This document shows, one piece after another, positions 12,475 through 25,800 of a stretch of DNA of 64,000 nt. The number at the start of each line of letters is the position of its first letter. Position 1 is the stretch's first letter. The notes under the pieces were generated by a model, which had not been told where the DNA came from, made no database searches, and was given only the letters and a program-made list of their open reading frames with translations. This DNA is from Chlorokybus atmophyticus (taxonomy: Eukaryota; Plantae; Mesostigma and Chlorokybus algae). The position numbers were made by a program, and so were the translations under genes. Location of the stretch: the NCBI GenBank assembly GCA_009103225.1, contig RHPI01000008.1, positions 573,412 through 637,411 of the forward strand, in the 5' to 3' direction.

Positions 12475-15400
12475 CTAGAAGTTGCTGCCGGCAGTAGTAG
12501 TGGTGGACACCAGCAGAGGCTCTGAAGTGCGCAGAGTCATTTGCTGCACCTGCTGGTATATGTCGATGCCCACTCGGTCCATCTCCTTCTTCGCAAGGAT
12601 AATCAACTGCGTGCGTCTGCTCCACCTATCCCCCATATTCTGTGCACACAGCGGGACATTGATGAAGCGATCGGTCCAGATTTCAGTCAATGCATTGTGG
12701 GAATGCTGCAACTCACCTGAAAATTGATCTTGTGCTGCCAGTTGATGGCAATAATCATCCGCTGGTTGTCACCAATATCTCTGATGTTCAACCTGGAGAC
12801 AAAGTGGTGAGAACGGCATGAACACAAACGCTAACTTGATGTGCTTTGCAGCCATTCGGTCACTACTCACTTGGCTGTGGGGTAGAACCAGACAGGGTTG
12901 GCTGCCAGGTACTCCGCGACCTTGGCGTGGAGGGCCTCGAGGGCTTCGGGCCGCGTGTGCGCATCAATCGTGAAGGTCGCCTCGTCCCACTGGTGCGCCG
13001 ACCGGTTGAGGTTGGATATCGGCTTCAGCAGAAGCGCCGCGTTGGGGTAGTACACCCTGATCACAATGTCAACGTATCAGTCAAATGACACAGATACCAG
13101 CAGAAGCGGTGCTTTTCAGCAGCTTTGCATCCCAACATGTTAGTGATGTCGTACTTCTCGCCGTCAGACTTGAGGAAGACGGTGCTTTGAAGGCGTATCT
13201 CGTCCACAAACATGTGAATGTTGTCTATGATGCAGCGGTCCCCAACATCAAAGGGGTGGACAGAGAAAAGGAAGACGAGGCACTCATACGTGGCCTGTTG
13301 ATGCCAAAAGCCACATGCATGCGTATGAGTTGGTCAACAGCTCTGAAGATCAACACACGCATAATCAGCACACCCATTGTAGTGTTGATGTACCTTTGCT
13401 GAGTTGCCGAAAATGAACACAAACAAAAGAACCCAGGAAGACAGCGCCACGAGCAGGGCGCTGACGGCCACACCCATGATGAAGGGACAAACAATGAGCA
13501 GTACCAAGAACACCGCGAAGTTCAACACATTGTGCAGCTGCGCCACCACACTCTTTGTGTCGCGCAGCGAGAGCGCCAGAGACTTCCTGGCCTGGTACAC
13601 CTGATCATGCGCAGCATGGTTGCAACCTAGAACTACATTGACAATGGTCGGTAAATGATTGGCCGAGCACCAAGCAAAATGGAACCATTGCATATCAGCT
13701 TGTAGCATCACATTACGTAATGCTATGCTGCGTGCCCCATACACTACGTACTGTAGTATGTATCACATACCCATCACTATGATAATCAATGTCAAGTCAA
13801 CTGCACCAGACTAGCGTGGACCGATCCAGTATGCAGTATGGCACTTTCATCCCGCATGCAAGCTTCTCAAGCAATATGTAACACATGATGCTGTTGTAAC
13901 TCATACCTTGAGGACCCACAATTTGAGGGCCTCTTTGGTGACAGTCCCTTCGCTGCCAAGTTCGAAGAGTGAGAACGCCTTCTCGCCTCGCTTCTGTCCG
14001 AGGAGTCGCACGACGTCCTCGCGCTTGATGCCGCTCTCGCCGGGGCGGATCATGTTGGAGAAGATCTTCTTTGCGACGACCTTCGCGTCCCGCGAGTTGG
14101 AAATCTCCGCGGCCTGCGCGTCGGCGCCCTCCTCGCTGCGAAGCACCGAGCAGTACGTCTTGATCTTGTGGTTGCGAACGAACTTGATCATCTTCTTCAT
14201 CTTGAATATCGACACCGTCTCTGTGTGTGTTGTGTAGCAACATGCGTGAGCAACTTGCATAAGAGCGACACGCATTGCAGCACCCGACATGCCACTTACC
14301 TGACGTGTATGTGTCGAGCTTGTCTATAGACATCGGCATGTCTGCGTTATGCAATGGCGTGATAGCGGGAGACCCGTTGCTGCTGGCGTCGTCGAGGTTC
14401 AATGAAGCTGACAAACAAGAAACAGATAAACGCATGGGTATGGTAACGTGGTATGCGTGTATGCGCGCACAATTGCGTGCATGCGCGCGCGCCTGTGCGT
14501 GCCTATGTGTGTGTGCATGCGTGGCCGGTAAGTGATAACAAGTGCGGTATATACTTGAGCTGTTGTGCTTGGAGTGGTGCGATGTTGTGCGCAATCGCGC
14601 GGGTTTGGGCCTCCTAGCGGCGGACAAGCTCTCAAGCACGTACTGATGGAACAATGACTCCTGTATGCGCTCGAAGTAGTTCTTGACGTGGAACTTGCTC
14701 GCGAGGGATTTTACCGCAAGCACCTTGAGGGTAAAGAGCCCTTGCGCCACCACCAGGCATATGAGCACGCGCTTGATGAAACCCAACTTGGAGTTCACCT
14801 GCATGGGGATGAGTTTAGGGTGGATTGTACAAGATGTTGTCTTGCATGCATGCGCACATGCACACCTGTGTGTCGAAGAGTATGAGCCATACGGTAAGCA
14901 CGAACACGGCCCACAGCAGCATTCGTACGGGAGCCCTCAGCGCGTACGCATAGTAAACTGCTTGCTTGTGCAGCATGAACTGCGTCTCCACTATCCTCAC
15001 AGATAACTGCGTACCCACGTGTGATGAATACCACAAGACCTCATGACCCAACAACATGTCATGGTGATCACAGGTCACACCACCCAACCTGGACGGTCCA
15101 TGATGATAGCACGCGGCCGCTTGCGACAGAGAGGAGGAGGGCGGCCCAGTGCGGGAGCGGGGTGTCGAGGAAACGGCGGCGCCGAAATTTATTCACTGTG
15201 CAGGCTACCACAACCAGCGCCACCAGTGCAATCAGGATGCCCACCTCCGCCCATTGCAAGAAAGCTCGCAGCCGCGTCACGTCCTTCGACGCCTGCACAG
15301 AGATGCAGTTGCGTATGTGAGGTGCACATGTACACGCACGTGCACGCAGGTACACAGATACACACGCGCACACGCACAAGCGCAAACCTGAAAGCGTGCA

Positions 15401-16456
15401 GAACTACGCACGTGCATGCGCGCACAGCAATACACACACATGCGCGTGCACACACGCATGCGCATTACCACATTTGCGACATGCATGCACAAAAACGCCT
15501 ACGGCACTCGGGGTACGGACCTTGACGCTGTCTGCATCATCGTCGTCATCTTCATCGGCCTTCTTGCTGCCTTTCATGCTCTGATCTGCAGTGCCTTGCT
15601 GCTGAGCCACGGTGGGCGCAGACACCTTGTCGGGCAGCGATGCCGCGGGGGTCTTGCCTCTCGGGTCATTGTCCTTGTCATCCGCTTGCAACAGAGGGTC
15701 CTCATCTTTGTCTTTACGATCCTTGACCAGCGTGGCCTCGCTGCGCAGACGTGGTAGCGAAGGGGTCTGCGCGCCTGTTGCATTTGTCGTTGTTGCACTG
15801 TCCGCATCTGTGGTCCCCGTTGTTGATGTTGTTTCCGATGCGGTTGAGGCCTCTTGTGCGTCTTGGCGCGCGCGTGCGTCCAGCAGCACGAAGCCTTGCT
15901 GGCGCAGCACCACATGCAGCTGTGGAGGGGATACACATCAGATTACGAAAAGAGTAACGGTTTCCGTAGATGTATGGCCTTCTTCCATTCATGATCATGA
16001 CTGCCGCTTTACTGGCATGCACATGCTTGTTAGTATGCAATTCGGACGTGGTTTGCCGTATTGCAAGGTTGAAAAGGCTGTAGTGGCAACGACCAGCATT
16101 CCTGAACTGTCTCAGCAGTGGACTAGAATCGCATGTAATCCATGGCATCACAATCAAGGGGAGTGACACAAGTGACACGAGTTCCTTTACAAGCGGTAAA
16201 CTTATTGTTTGCTTTAACATAGCGGCTTCCAAACGCAATGTCCCGCGTTTCTCGATTGGAGCACGGTGCTCGTATCGGTTGCTAACACGCCTGAATGGTG
16301 TTGAAGTGCACCCTAATGCAATGCCTTTACAAGACCTACCCAACGCCTTTTGGTCACCAAAAGACTCTGTTTCACTATTACCTCTGGGTTGTCGTCGTCA
16401 TCGTCTTCTGTTCCGCCCAGGCTGCCACTCCTGGAGTGCGCCGAGGGCGTTTCCAT
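12475..16456 (-). CDS. MSL: MscS-like mechanosensitive channel, eukaryotic group II (MSL4-10 type) with EF-hand-like segment
   Basis: First exon 16456-16382 (METPSAHS...DDNPE); peptides LAVKSLASKFHVKNYFERIQESLFHQYVLESLS, DAKVVAKKIFSNM, TKSVVAQLHNVLNF, SSWVLLFVFIFGNSAK, FLFLFSVHPFDVGD, VYYPNAALLLKPISNLNRS, QNMGDRWSRRTQL; stop TAG 12477-12475. Confidence 0.93.
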
Positions 16457-16709
16457 GCGGCTGCTCCACACGCGTCCCCCCCCCCTAACGCTATCGATGA
16501 CGTGGAGTCAGCACTACTTGTTGAGTCATATCTGCATCAATGCGACAAACACAATGACTGGCTCCACAGATGACGAGATAGATCTCGCCGCCACCGCCGC
16601 CGCCGCTGCCACCACCGGGGTCGCCGCTTCATGGTTGTCCGTTGGCATGTCACGTGACGGTGCACTTGCAGACAATATAGACCTGCAAATTAAACGTGAT
16701 TCCACAACT

Positions 16710-16782
16710 GGGGATGTAGCTCAGATGGTAGAGCGCTCGCTTAGCATGCGAGAGGTACGGGGATCGATACCCCGCATCTCCA
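16710..16782 (+). tRNA. trnA-AGC: tRNA-Ala (anticodon AGC), intronless, 73 nt
   Basis: GGGGATG TAGCTCAGATGGTAGAGC GCTCGC TT AGC AT GCGAGAGGTAC GGGGATCGATACCCC GCATCTCCA folds as a cloverleaf; T4 at ~16802. Confidence 0.98.
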
Positions 16783-16849
16783 CTAGCCAATCACCTTTGC
16801 TATTTTCATCTGCAGTAATGATGTTGTCCCCATTCCATTGATGAGTGTC

Positions 16850-19500
16850 ATCAGCAGATTACCATGCCATCATCAATGGTGGTGTAGCAGTGCTACACCA
16901 ATTTCGCTTCTTGTGTGTTTCGACAACGTTCCCGATCTCATTTTTAATTGCCATCGGCTGGTTATTCAAGGCAGCCTCGACATGTGAGCTGGTACGTTTG
17001 TAGCATACATCTATTTGAAGTCCTCAACCATCAGCGCCTTCCGCTGATGTGACCTAGTGGAAACCCCTCATTTCCTAACTAAGATTACAATATATAGCAT
17101 TAACAATGGTGATATAGTATTCAATGGTAGACCACATTGAATGCTTTGTCAATGGCATTTTTTGAAGGCATATTATTAGAGTTCGATAATCTGCGTCGCT
17201 GGTTTCGCTGCGCAGCTTATGTTTTCTTTTTACACATGATGCTCCGGGTGGTCAGTAGCAATGTAATAAACTAGTGAGGACAGTTGCCGCAATTAAATGC
17301 ATATAATAAATAATAAATTAAAAAAAAATGTAATACCACATATGTTTTGCCATTGAAGCATGGTTCAAAGTGCAACTAGCATTTACAACTTTTGAGTGAG
17401 CAACTCGCAATATACAACACGTGCGGTTGTCTTCATAGCTCTGCTCCGGTTGTTCATTATTGTTGCTAGTGACAAACCGGTTTGGCCATTGCACTCCTCG
17501 TCACACAACATATGTACATGCTTTATGAAGCATGCTTTGAGTAACACATTGATAAGCATTAAACAATTGTACTATGTTTTGAACGTATACTTATTTCTTG
17601 CATATTGTCAGCGGTAGCGACATCATGTGCTACGACAGCACATGTAGGTTGTTACAATAAAATGACGTCTCAAGCATTGGGCTATGGCAGCAACACACGC
17701 TGCTATAGAATGAACCACATGCCGTTTATTGATCCCATAATCACATACATAACACAAGCACATTGTAAAGGCAGCCCTTAACTTTAAACACATACAACGA
17801 TAGTTTCAGTTCGTTTGTTTCAATGTATTTGAATAAGTCAAATAATTTACACTATACGTTATTATTGCTTATTAATACCACCGTTTTCATTATAAGAATG
17901 CTCATAATTTATGCGGGCACACTACCTTACATTGTTGTTAGCTATAGTATGCCCCGTTGTTTCACATAACGTGCTATAAGGACTCAATATAAATGCCTTA
18001 ATGGTATTAGAATCACATTGCGTAAAGCATTGCACTTAAAAAAGATATCAACATGAACGAATTACATCAGAAGCATATAACATACTCCTACTTATATGAT
18101 TCAGGCAAGCATACTTATGTCTGTATGCCCTTTTCATAGTTGAATGCTTGCTTTTATAAATCCGACCGTTGTGATTGCCAGAACGTTAAAAAGGGCATTG
18201 TGCTTAACATGGGGCTATGTGGAGTCTACATTGTAGACGGATTAGCTATGTCAAAAAGTCCCCGTAGCACAAAGCGACGACGGTAGCATTAAAAGTTAAT
18301 AAATATGCACATATCTCATATCACACCATGTCATTAACGATTGATTTAGCGGTGCAACATGAGTAAATAATAACATTGCAAACCATATATGCATTTGATT
18401 GAGTAGTATTCATATGAGAATTATTCAAGTCAAATAAACTTATTAAACATACACCAGCGAGTATATAAACACAGACACTCCATCATAGCTGAAAATATGC
18501 ATCACATGCATGATGTCATAATCAATGATTATGATCCTTTAATGAGGATTATGCACGTGAATAAACTTGTATAATGCTCAGCTATGGATAACAAGGAGCA
18601 AGTTGATTATATGCTTAAAGGCGCCGCCTTAGGCTAAGCAGTTTGCGACATCTCCAATATTAATTTATTGGTTGCATGTGCATGAAAGTCACTTTTATTG
18701 CTGATCATCATGCTGAGTCAATCACAATCATAATTATATTACAACGTGACAAGTGTAAGTTGGTTAAACTGCAAAGTTGCATGATAATCAACCAAATGCT
18801 ATTGTGCTATTGTGCTATTGTGCAATTTGTTGTTACATTATCACATAAAAGTGGTACTTTAGACAATGTTAAGCATGTTTATATATACAACAGCGCAATC
18901 TTGCAAATATTATGCATAGAAAGACTGTTATCTATAATGAAAGCATCGCGCTTTACTCTAGCTAAAGATGCACCACATGCATATATACATGTATATACTT
19001 AGACTTATTTTGTACATAGTGTTGTTGTTATATACTACATGATATATAAGCTTGCAATTGATCAACTTGAGTTTTATTTGTGATTCTACTCTATCACTAA
19101 TGTGAGTGATAACGAGTATTGCTACTGAATGCAAGATAACCGTGGTGACTGTGGAAATGCTTTTTAATGAACATCGATTCCTTGATGTACAAAAGTTACT
19201 CATTTTGCAATTGCAATTACTCGCTTATATCTAACCGAGTGGTTTTCATTCTTTGGTATGTCGGTTGATCTGTGACGCAGTGGTTGTTTTTAAGGTAAAG
19301 GATGCCACCCAGTGTGCAAACCACAATTGTAATAGTACTTTTGTATATAGTTGTAATAAACGTCAGCATTACACATATTGCTCTTGGACAACCTAATTGT
19401 GCCAAAAGTTTAATTACACATATTGCTCTTTACAACCTAATTGTGCAAAGAGTTTAATGAAGCTCATAGCGGTCATATATTGCATTAAGGGTCCACTAGC
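16850..19500. other. AT-rich non-coding island (roughly 35-38% GC by eye, against ~53% in the flanks)
   Basis: Abrupt composition shift; no credible ORF; 45-bp tandem duplication at 19368-19457. Confidence 0.7.
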
Positions 19501-20366
19501 TGATATAGCAGGCGTGCCACACATGAAGTCGCAATCTCAATTTCTGGTTTGTGGTTGCAATTGGTTGCGTGGTTTTGGTTTAATTGGTTTACACAACGTG
19601 TGGCGCTGTCATTGCAGGTGGGCTACTATGCAAGCTGTGGTACCAACGTTGCTGCCAATGCCCGCCTCACATGCCTGCCTGCATTGTGTTTCTCTACTTG
19701 CTGGTGTTGGTGTAGGCAGTTGTGTTTCAACTTGCAATTGTCAGGGGCCCGGGCCCTTTGCTTGTTGTCTTTGCTTGTTTGCTGGTTCTTGCCATTGTAC
19801 AGGATATGCACGAAGCAGCTTTGTGCTAACTATTACTTTGGCCTATCTGTGTGATTTGTGGGTTTGCATACAAACCCCTTAACCTTTTGAAGTCACTCAC
19901 TTGGTCACGCCGTGTAACACATAGTGTGGTAGTGGCCAATCAATGCATCATTTACAAAACTGTTATCATTGACATTGACGTGTCAATGGCTCAAAACCCT
20001 TGATTGGTAAGTAGGTGCGACTGGGTTAACCCATTGCTATTGGCAATCAACTTTCCCCGAACCCCTTCACAATCTCCGTACTCTGTACTCCGTACTCCCT
20101 CGCATGTCAGGTGATTGACTTCAATACAGTAGTAGGCTTAGACTGGGTTGCATTCCTGGGAAGGTGCCCAAGCTACAAGCACTGCAGCAGCTACTACTCC
20201 ATGCAACTTGATGCCACAACAGGCCCATGCACGCCGGATGTTGCAACTATCCGTAAGGGGACCAATTGTGCTGCAAGTGCAAGGCAACCTGATTGCAGGG
20301 TGCTCTGCAGATAGCTGTCCATTTGCACCTAGTCGTGCATACCAAAGCTAGCAGCAAGCGATTGAC

Positions 20367-22791
20367 TCAAACCACCCCTTGTGCAACTGCTGACTTCTCA
20401 TACTCAAGGGCCTGAGCGATAAACGATGGGACTTGCACAGCAACTCCAGCACCCATCTGCCAAGCAGCAACCTGGTCAACTCTGAAGCAAGCAATGCGCT
20501 TCACATGCAAGTGCATGCAATCACGGCCATACCGTTGAGGACAATGCAATCGAGCTGAAGAATCCCGCAACAGCTGTACAGCAATACACAGTAGTGCACA
20601 CGCAGTAAGTAGCAATCCTTGCTGAATGCAACTTGCAGCACCACACAAGATGAGAGTACATTTGTCAAGATGATACCATCCAGCACAAGAACACCATGCC
20701 ACGTCCATGAACCAACCAGTTGTCATACCAGCACGGCCCTTCAACGCCGCAGCGCCGCTACCTTTAGCACCCTTGCTGCGCGCCGCCAACAGCGCACTGG
20801 CAAGCGCTGCAAGGTTTCTTTCGAGCTTCTCCGGCTCAAAACTTACCTGCAATAAGTGCGTGTCCGAAATTGATGCGTGTTGCAAAGCCAAACCCCTCCT
20901 ATTGCTTCCCGTATAAACTCTAGAATGACTGCAGACACTTAGCTACCTTGCCAATTCCAGCGTGCACAATGCCACCTTTGTCAGTGCGGAACTCGATCGT
21001 TCCTCGCTTGGCATTGGCAACTGCGTCCGTAACATTGTTGGTGACTGTCCCCACCTGCATGGTATGCTATGGTCAGCTTCAGCACTTCAAACATTTCAAT
21101 GCGGTACAGCGACGCGCATTGACACAAACCACTTGATGCTAGAATGCCAGCGCACTTGCCTTTGGGTTGGGCATCAGTCCTCGTGGACCCAATATGCGCG
21201 CAACCTGCATGCCACCACCACCAGGCACAACTTAGCGTACACGCTTGCAGACAGCGACATGGACAACCCTGCCTGGCATAAACAACACTGTTGGCACACC
21301 TGCCCAACGAGCGGCATCATATCTGGTGTTGCAATACACCGATCCACATCGAGCTTTTTGTCTGTTAAGCTACTGATCAGTGCTGTTGATGTTAACCTGA
21401 GCATGCATGCATGGCAAGCTCACGCACTAGTCTTTATTGTTGTGATCAAGTCTTCAGCGCCAACCACCTCAGCGCCCGCAGCCAAGGCGGCCTCTGCTGC
21501 ATCGCCGCGTGCAAACACAGCTACACGGGTCGTCTGCATGGACAGTCATTAGTACTTGGCTGTGGCTTGAAGAGCATAGGTCGTGCGTGACGCATCCAAG
21601 CAATCAACAGCCACACCTACAAATGTTCAGTAGCAAGTTGGTACCTTTCCGGTGCCATATGGAACGGTTGTGGCGCCGCGAACCATCTGAGGTCACACAG
21701 GCTAAAGTTACACAACTGTGAGAGTCTTTCTGCGCAAGTGCTCATCCCGCACTGCATTGTTTGCACTAGCAAACACAGGTGCCAAACCTGATCTGTGCGA
21801 GCAGGATTGATTCCGAGCTTAATAGCAACTTCAACGGTTTCATCAAATTTTCGGCGCTTCAACCTCGACGCAGCCTGAAAACATTGATTTGTAAGGCATG
21901 AAGCAACAGCTGTTACTGTTCCTGGCTTCAAGCTGAACAAAACGAACACTTGGCTGTGATACAGCATATTGCTCCCGCGCAAGTCCTTGCCAACCAAACA
22001 CAGCTATTGCCTATCACAAACGCGTACATGGAGGACTATGTAACGCTGACGTCAAGTGCACTGCAGCAGGCAAGCTGAACTGAACATCCGCGTGCAAAGT
22101 CTGGTGAAGTGAGGAACACATCATCAAAGTCAACAGGCCAAGTTGACTACCGCTGCATGCGCTATGGGTACAGGATTACCGCTGCAACGAGGTGCAGGTT
22201 TCTCACCGCTTCTGTCTAGGAGGACAGTGAGGCATGCACATTCAAACTGGTGCGGAACTGAGTGCGCCGTCACATGTTGCTGCAATGTAGGCGCACAAAC
22301 CAGCTCAACATAATGAAAGTTAAGAAACATTTGGACTAACATCGCGATGGCTCGTCCGTGTGCAAGATCAAGACATTGAATGCAAATCAACATGCATGCA
22401 GCGACCAAAAGTACAGGCTAGGATGGAACAACAAGGGCAGCACCATTGCAAGCGGCGCACAGCTGCGCAGGAAACCAGCATTGCGGGCACATTGCTATGC
22501 TTGTAACGGCACGCTCATGCTTACTTGAACCTGCCGTAATGCCTCTATGAGAGGCAACGGCGACTTGGCTCGTGCTCGCCGCCTGGGCGCGTCAACGAAG
22601 GTAGGCAGCGATGTCTCGGCAGCAGCAGCTGCCGCCGCCGGCAAAGCGGAGGCAGCAGAGCAGAAGCCACGCAGCCCATGACTTGCGGCAACACCGGCAG
22701 CAGCCCAGCTACTGCTACTACTGCTGCAACAGGCTGCAGCACTGCGCTGCACCAAGCTCGCCACCGCCCTTAGCCTCACCGCCGCCGCCAT
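20367..22791 (-). CDS. MRPL1: Organellar (probably mitochondrial) ribosomal protein uL1 with N-terminal transit peptide
   Basis: ATG 22791 [17 protein letters not shown]... (Ala/Ser/Arg-rich presequence); [95 protein letters not shown]. Confidence 0.92.
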
Positions 22792-22859
22792 GCGCAAGCC
22801 CTGAACGTGCTACTTGTGTGCAACTTGCACGCTGATTGCTTGATGGCAGCGGCTTGCGC

Positions 22860-25800
22860 ATGGCGGACATAGAGGCGGCGGCGGCGGCGGTGGCCGCGTC
22901 TGTAGCCTCGGCTTCCAACCCTGCAGCGACATCTGAGCGACGCAAAGCTGCGCTTGAGCTGTGCGACCAGGTTGGTGGGATGGGGGGCTTGATCGATTGG
23001 TTTCGGGCCAGACTTGCTCCTTTGCAGCTGAAATTGTTGCCAACATGCCGACTCAACGCCTGCTTTATCTACACATTTCTCAGTCGAGTCGAGGTGGCCA
23101 GTGCCTATGCCACGTGTATGTGCATTGTTGTTTGCAGCATTCGTGGACAGCAGTTGCTGAGTGTCATGGCAAGTGCAGGCTCTGCCATACTGAGTGACTC
23201 GACTCGAAGTAAGTCATACCAACGTTTGATGCCCAGGTCATATCTAGAGGAAACAATTGCAGCGGACTAGTAATTGATGCTGCTATGCAGCTGCTAGCTA
23301 TCAGGTCTAACTGCATGCAATGCCTCAAAGGCTGCTCACTTGTGCATGTAGGTTGCTGTGCGATTGCGCTGCATGCTTGCTAGGCACACAAAACTGGTAC
23401 CCGCTTGCTGGGTGATCAACTGCGAGTGCTGTTTGTCATGTGCTGCAATCAGCCTTTGGTAATTCGACCTTGCCTTGTCCCGTAGTTCAAAAATGGTGAT
23501 CCAAGAACTGTAGCCACCGTTGCTGTTGTCCTCGCCAAGCGTGGACAGCCTCCGGAAATTCAGCATTTTGCGTACGGCGTGCTGCAGGTAAATTGCTTGG
23601 AATTCTCAGGAGTGGCATGTTGCTTTGGCCAACTCTTCGCATTGTGGACCCAGTTTAGCGCTCATTATGATTTGTCTGCCCTTGCTTAAAGAACTTGAGA
23701 ATGTCCCTCCCTTAGTACAAAAATGTTAATCACAACATCTGCTTCGTCTATCGCATGGCTGTAACGCGATGCTGTTCGGACAGCACGTGCTGCGGACTCA
23801 TGGAACTGAGCTTACTCCTGAAGAAAAGCGTGGCTTTCTCGTCACAGCTTTGCAGCTTTTCAAGGAATGCATGGATGATAGTGTCCCAGCAGGCTGGGCA
23901 ATCAAAGCCAAGGTGGCGTCCTTACTTGCAGAGGTTAGTGGTGCTAGACGATACGCTGGTTTCGCGATCCCGGCCGGCATTGTTGTATGGGTGCACATGT
24001 GATGCCAGGTGCATGTTCGGCAGGTTTGACACTGTGTTACTTGATATGTAGGTTGCTAGAGCGGAGGGTCCAGCGGTGTGGCATGAGCTATTGCCAACAC
24101 TATTCCAAGCTGCCACACAAGGGCCATCACAGGTATTTCTTACGTACTTGTTGTTGCTGTGTGTCCTGTTCATGTCATGATGGCAGCTGGTTGTGCTGAT
24201 TGTTGATTGGTTTGTCCTAGGCAGAGCTGGTTGCATTAGCGTTGCGGTGGCTGCCTGAAGATGTGACAGTCCACAATGAGGATTTGCAAGGTGAAAGGTG
24301 GCAGTTGTTGTGCATGTCTTGCCTTGACCTATTGTCCCCTGTTCTTTGTTTCATTGACTCAATCCTGGGAAGTCTTGTGTTGATGGCCGTCAATTGTCAG
24401 GCGATCGTAGGCGTGGACTGCTGTTTGCACTTACAAAAGCTTTACCACAGATTTTACCATTCCTCTACAAGGTATACTGCGTGTTTTCATTCTGCTCGGA
24501 TAATTGCTTGCATATTGGTGGTCTCTCTCTTCACAATCTTGTTTACCTGAAGCATGGCTCGCATGCCTACAGTTGTTAGAACAACACTTTGCCGAAGCCA
24601 TGGCCGCCTTGCAGCAGAGTAGTACAGCACTAGCAAGAAGGCACGCAGCAGTTATAGAAGCCACACTTGCGGCTATGGGGGCATATGCGGAGTGGGCACC
24701 CGTTTCTGCACTCACCAATGCTGGCTCTAGCTGCGTTGATGCGTGTGGGCACTTCCTGCGGTATGCCGAGTTCCAGAATCATGCATGCGACTTCTTCAAG
24801 AACTTCTGTGCCAGGTACCACCCTTGTTCCAGGCAGCTGGTGTCGCTGAGTGTTATCATGGGCGCTTGCAGGCTGTGGCTTCGTAGCTCCATGCAGTGAC
24901 TCCATGACTGCTGACCTGAAGAGTTGCAAATGGCAGGCGGCGTGGTAAAGGTGAGGAGGCAGAAGTGTTTGACTCAGCTATGGTACGAGCTGGCGAGGCA
25001 CTCTGTTCATCAGCACCAGCTGTGCTTGGGAGAGCCCCAGGAAGCAATGTGCCAGGATCTGCGGAGGATGTTTATGATGAGGACTTTGCGCAGCGGTTGT
25101 CTGAGGCTCTAGTGTCGCTGGGTAACAACCACCTTCACGCATTGTCAACACGACCAGACATACAGGATGTGTATCTGAAACAGGTAATGACGCGTTTGCT
25201 TGCTGGGCTTGACACTGGCATTGTTCTGCCGCTAAGTTGAGCGTGTCGCCATGAACAGATGCTTGACTTCGCTCGCCACAAGAACCAAGCGCTGTCATCC
25301 ATATCGCTACAGTTCTGGCTGGTAAGTCACTGGTAATTGACATGCCAGCTCGCATTGGTCCTGATTTACACAGGTACGACTCTCTTGTTCAGCCATTACT
25401 GCGAGAAAGTGGTCAGCCAGACCCAGCAGCACGCTCGAAAGCTACCAAAGTTGACAGCGAAACTGCTGCTGCATTGCTTGAGACAGCTAGTGACCGCTTG
25501 CACAGAGCGTGGGCTTCCATCAGCATCACCGGTCAAACCCCCAAGGATGTCGTACCAGAGGACTTCCTGAGCGATGCTGAGTACGTCAAGTATCGCCTAC
25601 AGGTAAGCACTGGTTGCCAATGCCGTGCAGAAAATCAACTGAGCAGAGTAGCCAATTGACTCTGATTGTCATCACTGGCCAGCTGGTGGACTTGGTGCGC
25701 CTGGTGTCTGCACAGCACCCAGCACTTGCTGTGCAAGCAACTGTGGGGAGGACAGGGTTGGCAATTGCTAACTTGGACGGGGGCATCGCAACTCATGACG

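Noticed and set aside
19368-19457. 45-bp tandem duplication
   Set aside because: Two adjacent copies with no spacer; simple slippage duplication
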